Of a DNA stretch of 64,000 nt, positions 56,644-64,000 are shown one piece after another. Source of the DNA: Eledone cirrhosa (Eukaryota); assembly GCA_964016885.1 (NCBI GenBank), contig OZ024753.1:38254001-38318000 (forward strand). Direction: 5' to 3'. The notes beneath the pieces were generated by a model. The model was not told where the DNA came from, did not search any database, and was given only the letters and a program-made list of their open reading frames with translations. Numbering within the stretch: position 1 is the first letter of the stretch; every line of letters begins with the position of its first letter. The position numbers and the translations under genes were made by a program.

Positions 56644-57350
56644 AACTACTTTATACACAATGCTTCAAGCAAACTACAACACACTCTGATAACTTCTTTG
56701 ATTCATAGTCAAAAGTATTATAACTTATCATATAGACATAGTAAATATGGTAGTTATAAGATACACTCACATATCTATAAATAAATAACCCTTTCATTAC
56801 CATATTAGAATAAAAGACACTACCTACGATTTTCAAATCATTTTGAAAATAATCAAGAATTTGAAGGGGGTTTAGTAATATAACAAACTTTCTCATTATA
56901 AAGCTAGTGTTTTGAGTATAATGTAACTCCAAGATCCTTACATAAAATTATGCTGGAAGATTTTTAGATAAATATAAACATATTAAAACAAAGTTTTGTA
57001 TCATAAAACCAAAGGTGGTTTCAGATGATTTGGCATCAAAAGGATTAATCATTTACACTAAAGCTACCCAGTTATAAATAGACCACTAAATGTTCCAGCT
57101 AAATTAAAGTAAACTTCTCTTATCTCATATTCATAATTATCATGTAGATATAGTAATAAACATAATAGTTATGAGTTATATTGATACATCTATACATAAA
57201 AATATAGGAATTAATATCTATATATATAAATATATATATATATATTAATATATCTATATATAAATATAAATAAATTAATATATCTATATATAAATATATA
57301 TATATCAATATCTCTCTACTATATAGGCAATTGTTTTGTTTGATAATTTT

Positions 57351-57372
57351 TCATAAATCTTTACCTGAGGAC
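57351..57372 (-). CDS. PNISR: Candidate PNISR terminal coding exon (tandem acceptors)
   Basis: ccttccttccAG|gtcctcAG|gtaaagatttatga; after the phase-2 donor this gives RSSGKDL* or R*. Confidence 0.4.
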
Positions 57373-57609
57373 CTGGAAGGAAGGATGTTTAGTTTCCCCA
57401 AGCATTAAGTAATGAATAAAAAACATAATTACTTTGAAAGTAAAAAAAAAGTAGAGGAAAAAGACAGGAGTGATGAGGGTCGGGAAAACAGGGAAAAAAA
57501 AAAAAAAACCTTGCATATGTGTTAAAGAATGTAAAAAAAAAAAAAAGAAATCAGCAAATGTTTAAAGAAAGAAAAGAAAGAAATTATGACAAATGAAATG
57601 TAACCCCAC

Positions 57610-58816
57610 CTTGATCTTGATCTAGACTTGAATTTGCCACTTGCTTTCTTACCACATCTGTCATAATCACTCGTGTCTCTTGTTGAGTACTTGTAACGCT
57701 CTGAACGTTGTTCATACCACCGGTCATAACTAGATTTAGTATTATGTCTTTGGCTGCTACCATGGTCACTGTCTGAAGATGACCGACACCTTCGTCGCTT
57801 ATACGACTGTCGACTTTTCGACGTGGAACTCCCTACGCTACTGTGGCTGCCTTCTCTTGTACGCACCACCTCGCAATCGTAGTATTCCTTGCTGGGTTTG
57901 CGATGGGCACTGCGACTCTGGTAGTATTTATCGCTGCTGCCGTACTTGTCATCGGAGAATCTGTCCCCTCGGTGTCGTCGGCTGCTACCACTGTCATAAC
58001 TTTCCCTGCTGCCGTATTTCTCACTAGTACTGTATCGGTCAGATCGGTCAGAGCCCCGACTATGTTGGCGGTCGTAAGTTGAAGAAGATTTATAACTGTC
58101 TCTAGAGCCACTGCGTCGGTATCTGTCGTCGTCATGACTACTCTTTCTCCCACCTCCGCTACGCCGTTTAGAGTCGTCTTTGCTAACCTTGCCCCCACTG
58201 ATGGGGTAGTCAGCACGTTGCTTCAACCTCACATCATGTTCTTTCTTCTTCAAATAACTCTGTATCTTGTCGTGATGAAGGACTTTGGCCAGTTTCTTCT
58301 TCTTGTCATCAGAACTAGAAGAGCCACCCGACGAAGAACTTCCGTCACTGCTAGATGAATCTGTCGAACTATTCGAACTGTCTGAGTCAGAGTAGCCTTC
58401 TCCACCAGCATCGTCATCATCAGCCTCACCATCACCGCCACCACCACCGCCGCCACCTCCACCACCACTGCTACTACTGCTGCTGGAGCTACTGCTACTA
58501 CTACTGCTACTCGAACTGCTGCTACTGCCACCGCTGCTGCTAGAGGCAGATTTGGCACTAGGCTTTCTACCCTGTTTCAAGTGCTTCTTCGATACAGTTT
58601 GTGTCTCCTTAAGTTTTTGATTGTCTCTCCCAGAGTCAGTAGCTGCTTTTGACAGACTAGATTTGTCACCCATACTTCTGTCCTCATTGTCATCAGATCT
58701 ATGATCTAGAACAGAAATCTTGTCTGATTTTCTGCTTGGAGTATAAGAGGATTTATCGAGACTACTTTCAATATTAGCTGAGGCAACCTTCTCTCGATAT
58801 GAAACAGGGCTTTGCA
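57610..58816 (-). CDS. PNISR: PNISR large RS/SR-rich exon
   Basis: Strong tttttttccag acceptor, phase 1; open frame VQSPVSYREK...GKKASGKFKSRSRSR, resembling the PNISR C-terminus as recalled; weak gtgggg donor. Confidence 0.85.
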
Positions 58817-59324
58817 CTGGAAAAAAAGAAAAGAAAAGAAAAAAGGGATTTAAAAAAAAAAGATTATACTTTAACAATAACATTTTTGTTTTTATCATTT
58901 ATCATATATACATAAATAGGAAAATAAACAATAAATTGCAGCGTTTGATTGGAATAGAGTCAGTGATAGATGTTGGTGATACGAAAGGTATCTGCTGTAG
59001 ACATGACAACCTCCCTAGTGTTGGTAGTGATCTACACAATAAATGCATCCAGTACACTCTGTAAAATGATTGGTAGTAGGAAATCTACCAAACAAAGAGT
59101 TGAGAGGAGTTTTCAAGTGTCAAACGCATGTCAACCTTTTTAGTGCCATGATAGAGTGCAGGAACTGGATGGACTGAGAACTTGGGGTGTGGGAACATAT
59201 ATAAGCGAGATGTTAGCCCCCTCCAGCCCATCTGAGAAGTCACTATCGCCACTTGATGACTGACTCGGTCTATGATGACCCATCCAACCCTTGCTAGCAA
59301 GGAAAACAGATGTTAAACAATATA

Positions 59325-59359
<35 letters not shown>

Positions 59360-59724
59360 AATTATTGTGTAAAGTGCTCAGGTGCACTACAACTCGTCAA
59401 AGGTGCATGTATAGTACAAAGAATAATACACAAATGTCAGGGAAGTGAATAGTGTATGAGTTATGGTGTACATGCGTGTATGTGTATATAATGAGACAGT
59501 TGCAAGAGAGGTACTTAGCTAAGAATAAGCCTCTCTACCCGTCTTGCTAATGCAGTTTCATGTGGAACAGAACGTTAAGAGTTAATGATAAGTGACAAAA
59601 TCCCGTATATTCGATATTATGTGAGATAAAGTGTTTATCATGAAAATACAATAGTAAATACAGAGTAATGTCAACGCTAAAGGGTTAAATACTATGCCAA
59701 GAAATGGACATAAGAATTACACAC

Positions 59725-59904
59725 CTGTTCCACCATCTGAATCTGAATTGCTGTTGTCAGAATCTCTGTGTTGTTGCCGGGATAGCTGTCGCTGTCGTAT
59801 ACGCTCATGTAATGCATTGTCAGATTCTTCATCACTGTCGTCATCACTGACTTTACTCGGCTTATATGGAGTCTCTTCATCACTGCCGGAGTCGGAGCCA
59901 ACGC
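59725..59904 (-). CDS. PNISR: PNISR internal exon (180 nt)
   Basis: GVGSDSGSDEE...SDEESDNALHERIRQRQ resembles vertebrate YGSGDSEDE...DDEELRHRIRQKQ; gtttag acceptor, gtgtgt donor, phase 1-1. Confidence 0.88.
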
Positions 59905-61091
59905 CTAAACATAAAGTGTGGCTCTATTAATTATACTGATAAAGAAAAGCAACCAGTTCTTTGCTATAATAATAGCCACCACCACTGCCATCACATAGCA
60001 AGAATATAACAAAAACAATTTACTAAAACATTTCTCCTATTGCAAAATAAACATATGTATGTATATGTGTCTGTGTATATATAAATATATATATATATTT
60101 ACACACACACAACAAAAAAGATTTTTAAAACAATGGCTTACCATCTCCTGAAATGGAACCAACATTTCAAAGTCAAACAAAAAAATGACAATAATCAACA
60201 TGAAATATAAATGGCTTAGTTAATAGGAGAGGAGAAACAACAAGAACAACAATATCATACAAGTAATATTTCAACATTATATATATATATATATGTGTCC
60301 TTCTTTTCAGTTAATAGGAATAACTATTTGATACCACCACAAAAAGAACCGTGACAATTAATATGCTATAATATTTAATGATCAACAAAAAATATAAATT
60401 ATAATTAAATTACCTATCAACATCTCATTTCAAAGCTAATTTTTTGCTTATTGAGAGTGAGATATTTTAGAAATACTGTATTTTGGTTGATTACAAGAGG
60501 AATGGACAATGCCTATATCCCCCTCTCTCTCTCTCTCTCTTTGACACTTGGTGATAGGCATACCTGAATATGGTTATATGGTTAATGAACAGCTTCAGGT
60601 GGAAGAGAAAACAGCTAGAAATGGAAAGTGTTTAGAGAGGATATTCTGTGAGGGTGAGGGAGGGACCTGTGTTTACAATAGAATGAGATACATTAACTCT
60701 AAACATCCTGTAATGAAATGATTTAGTAAAAGAATAACTAAAAACAGTTTTGTTAATTCAAATGCTTATAGTATCTTTACTACTGGACATAGTGTAGTGA
60801 ACATTTTCAGTGTAAGAATAAAAACTTTCATTCTTAATACGAGTCCAACCCTTGCAAGCAGGGTAAATGGACATTAAATGATGATGATGATGATGATGAT
60901 GATACAGTCCTAGTGTTGTTTTGTACTGGAGTTAAAGATGATGATGGAAATGCTATTATACTTGTCATGAGGTCCTTTTTTGAGGCTAGGTGCTCTTCCT
61001 GATGCCAACTCTTATGACACAGAGACAGTGTACCTATTCTAAACTAGAGAGGAATAAAAACAATGATTTGCAGAGAGAAGAGAAATGTCAT

Positions 61092-61225
61092 GATGAAAGT
61101 GGCTGGATGAGAAGAGTGATGGATTGATAAAAGTGGCTGGATGAGAAGAGTGATGGATTGATAAAAGTGGCTGGGTGAGAAGAGTGATGGAATGATAAAA
61201 GTGGCTGGATGAGAAGAGTAATGGA
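61092..61225. repeat. 34-bp minisatellite, ~4 copies
   Basis: gataaaagtggctggatgagaagagtgatggatt repeated. Confidence 0.85.
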
Positions 61226-62319
61226 AATGAATATAGAAGGAATTAAAACAGGGGAATACCAAAAACCAACAAAGACACGAGTAAAGATGATAGGGGAGGA
61301 AATGAAAGCCATTTGATGAAGGAGGGGTTTAGTGCAAACAATAAGACACAGTGGAGGAGTTTGTCATGGGGCTCTGCTACACAGCTAACCTTGCTTTAGC
61401 AGGGAAGAAATGTTTGTTGTTGATGGTGGAAATAAAGGAAGGTGAATCATGCTAGTTTAGGTGAGGATAGAATAGGGCTGACAAAATTCAGAAACTGACA
61501 TGAGCATCAAATGATGATGATGATGATGATGATGATGTGATTAACAGAAGAGACACAGTTTCACTGTGGCCAAAAGAATCCATTAATTGCCCATGTTTGT
61601 TTTTAAGAAAATAGGGATTTAAATTCAAAAATTATTTAGCCTTTTATGTCCTCATCAAAAAACAACAGTAGTACCATAGAAAATATGTCTTCCTTTATAA
61701 ATCATGAATTTACTGTGTGTATTTGGTTTACAATAGCTACATCATATCCCTGTGTCCTAAAAGATGACTGAATGGGTTGGCACCAACAAGGGGTTCTAGC
61801 TGTAAAATACTGCTTCAAAAAGGACCCCATGATAAGTATGAAGTCTGTGATGGAACCTGCAAAGCTAATCCCTGTTTTAGAAAGGAGAAAATGGTTTTAA
61901 AATACTTGTGTGTATTAAAATCATTAATTACCAACCATTTACAATCTGAATCAGTCTTATGCTACACATCAAGACAGCAAAAGTCTTTCAAAGGTGACGA
62001 TCAGTTCAAGAAATATAAATGGGGACAAATCTATGAGAAATATTGATTTCTAGTTTAGGTATAATGCTAGCAAATTTTGGGGAGAAAGGGCAAATTTGAT
62101 TAAATCAACCATGGAAGCATGAAAGACTAAGTTGAGCTTGATGGTAATGAACTCAGAATATAAATAGCCAGTAGAAAATTATAATAATATCTCTCACAAA
62201 AAATCTTTCTTTTTACTTTTTGTAGGGGTGGGTTCATTGGTTTATTAATTTTTATTTATTCATGGTTTTTCTTTTAGGGGGTTTTGTGTGTTTACCAAAT
62301 AAAAAATACTGGTACTTAC

Positions 62320-62373
62320 CAAGAGTTGACAAAGAAGCCAAAGCAGTGGAGTTGGCAAGCTGCTTTGCTGGGG
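62320..62373 (-). CDS. PNISR: PNISR 54-nt exon; upstream exons not found in the window
   Basis: APAKQLANSTALASLSTLG resembles vertebrate APAKQLAQSSALASLTGLG; taag acceptor, gtaagt donor, phase 1-1. Confidence 0.9.
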
Positions 62374-62854
62374 CTTACATACAATTATAAAAATCATAAT
62401 TAGTCATGGTAAGCATTGAAGAAGCGTCAGTAGTAGGAAGACATCTGTGTAGAATATTTTTTTAAAAAACACACACACAGCAACTTGGGGCTGCAATAGA
62501 TAGTGGCACACGTGCACTGCGCCTCCTGGCAGCCCCCGATCATGATGTAGTGATGACACACACAGTGAAGTCAGCATCAGCATTGATTTGGGGAAGTTAG
62601 AAGGCTTTTCACTCTGAAACATAATTCTTGAACAGCATCTCATCAAAAAATATATACCCACATAAAAACTTAGGACATGTTACCAAGCAGTACAGCTCAA
62701 ATTTTTTATTGCAAATATTTAATTTATTATGGCTAGACAAAAAATATATATATTGTTAGTTTAAAAAAAAAAAACATCCAATAAGGCTAATCATTTGTAT
62801 ACATTATATACCAGCAGAACATCCAACAAGTGATGATGATGATGATGATAATAA

Positions 62855-63040
62855 TGGTTTCTGATTTAGGCACAAGGCCAACAATTCTGGGGGACGAGAA
62901 AATCGATCCCAGTGATTGTTACTGGTGCTTTACTTTATTGACTCCGTAAGGATAAAAGGCAAAGCTAACCATAGCGGAATTTGAACTCAGAAAGTAAAGG
63001 GCCGTAACTATATGCTGCAAAGCATGTTGTCCGACGCTCC
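62855..63040 (-). mobile_element. SINE family A
   Basis: ggcacaaggccaacaatt...ccgtaaggataaaaggcaaag...atttgaactcag. Confidence 0.8.
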
Positions 63041-63339
63041 ATTCTGAGGTGTAAAATATTAAACAACTGTGAAAACTTTAATACATGTAGAAGCATGAAT
63101 ATTTTTCATTATGACAACTTTTAAGTCCAAATAATCTATTTTTTTTTTAGATGTGGGCGGCAAACAGAAATTACAATATTTTAACCCTTTTCATACCAAC
63201 TCACCCAAAAGCAGCCCTACTTCCATGAAACAAAATCACCCACTTTAAAGGATTCCTATTTAAATTTAAATCTTCCAACATAATTTTATATAAGAAGCCT
63301 GTTAAGTTATTACCTTAGTAATAAAAATCTTTTAGTAAA

Positions 63340-63620
63340 TGTTTCTATTGATCTTCTTCCTATTGCTGATACTATCTGCCGGTTACAACTCTTGGCAAAA
63401 TAAAGGAACTGATAATCAGATCAAATCAAGGGAACATGGTGTCCATTGATGATACTATCTACTAGTCACAACCGGCAAAATATAGGAGCTGATCCTCAGA
63501 TTGAACCAAGGAAACAATGTTTGAATTGGTCACAACTCCTGGTAAAATAAAGGAGCTGATCATAAGATCGAACCAAGGAAATGTGTCCATTGGTCTTTCT
63601 ACAGCTGATACTATCTGGCT
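63340..63620. repeat. Degenerate ~70-85-bp tandem repeat, ~3 copies
   Basis: Recurrent tgatactatct...caactc..ggcaaaataaagga(a/g)ctgat...aaccaaggaaa. Confidence 0.65.
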
Positions 63621-64000
63621 TTACAATATTGTCAAAGCTTGTTTAGTGTTGAAATAATTCCAAACAACTTAATCATTTACCAAACAAAGAGTGATATTCA
63701 ATTTTGAATAATGGGCAAAGTTTCCAGGTAAAGAAATCTATTCCATCACACAGGAATGTTCTTTGCTGAACTTTTCAGTAAAATAATATTTGACTGCTAA
63801 AAGTAAATCCTTTCTTTTAAAACAAACACATATAACGTCAGAGAGACGATTTTCTTCTGTAAAAGAAAATCGTTCACTTGATCAATATTCATGATTAAAA
63901 CATGTATTATATAATAATACAGTTGAAATATATTTTAATAACAACACTCGAGTGACCCCTCTCAATATTATACATGAGTCACTTGAAAGAATTTAATAAC

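Noticed and set aside
45109-62373. Apparent synteny with human SOD1-SCAF4 (convergent SR-related neighbour)
   Set aside because: The neighbour here matches PNISR, not SCAF4, so the resemblance is probably coincidental.
62577-62646. Possible C/D snoRNA on the minus strand (TGATGA...CTGA)
   Set aside because: No terminal stem or recognisable rRNA guide; better explained as a splice-regulatory region.

Overview
AT- and microsatellite-rich animal DNA, most likely Octopus or another coleoid cephalopod (inferred from the tRNA-derived SINE families and the (TA)n/(CA)n density). It has one 200-N gap and two host genes. A complete 5-exon Cu/Zn superoxide dismutase (SOD1, + strand, 45109-53204, 153 aa) faces the 3' part of PNISR/SFRS18 (- strand, exons 62373-62320, 59904-59725, 58816-57610). 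The rest is transposon material: a 5'-truncated but open Tx1/L1-clade LINE apparently targeted to ATAG/AT microsatellites; relics of Penelope, CRE, RTE, Merlin, hAT, mariner and piggyBac elements; SINEs; and minisatellites. The main signal invisible to the ORF track is about 10 near-canonical and several decayed minimal type I hammerhead ribozymes from several distinct sequence families. They sit in ORF-less, often fold-back Penelope-type cassettes inserted in microsatellites, and three cassettes are stacked just upstream of SOD1. All calls were made by eye; no searches or folding programs were run.
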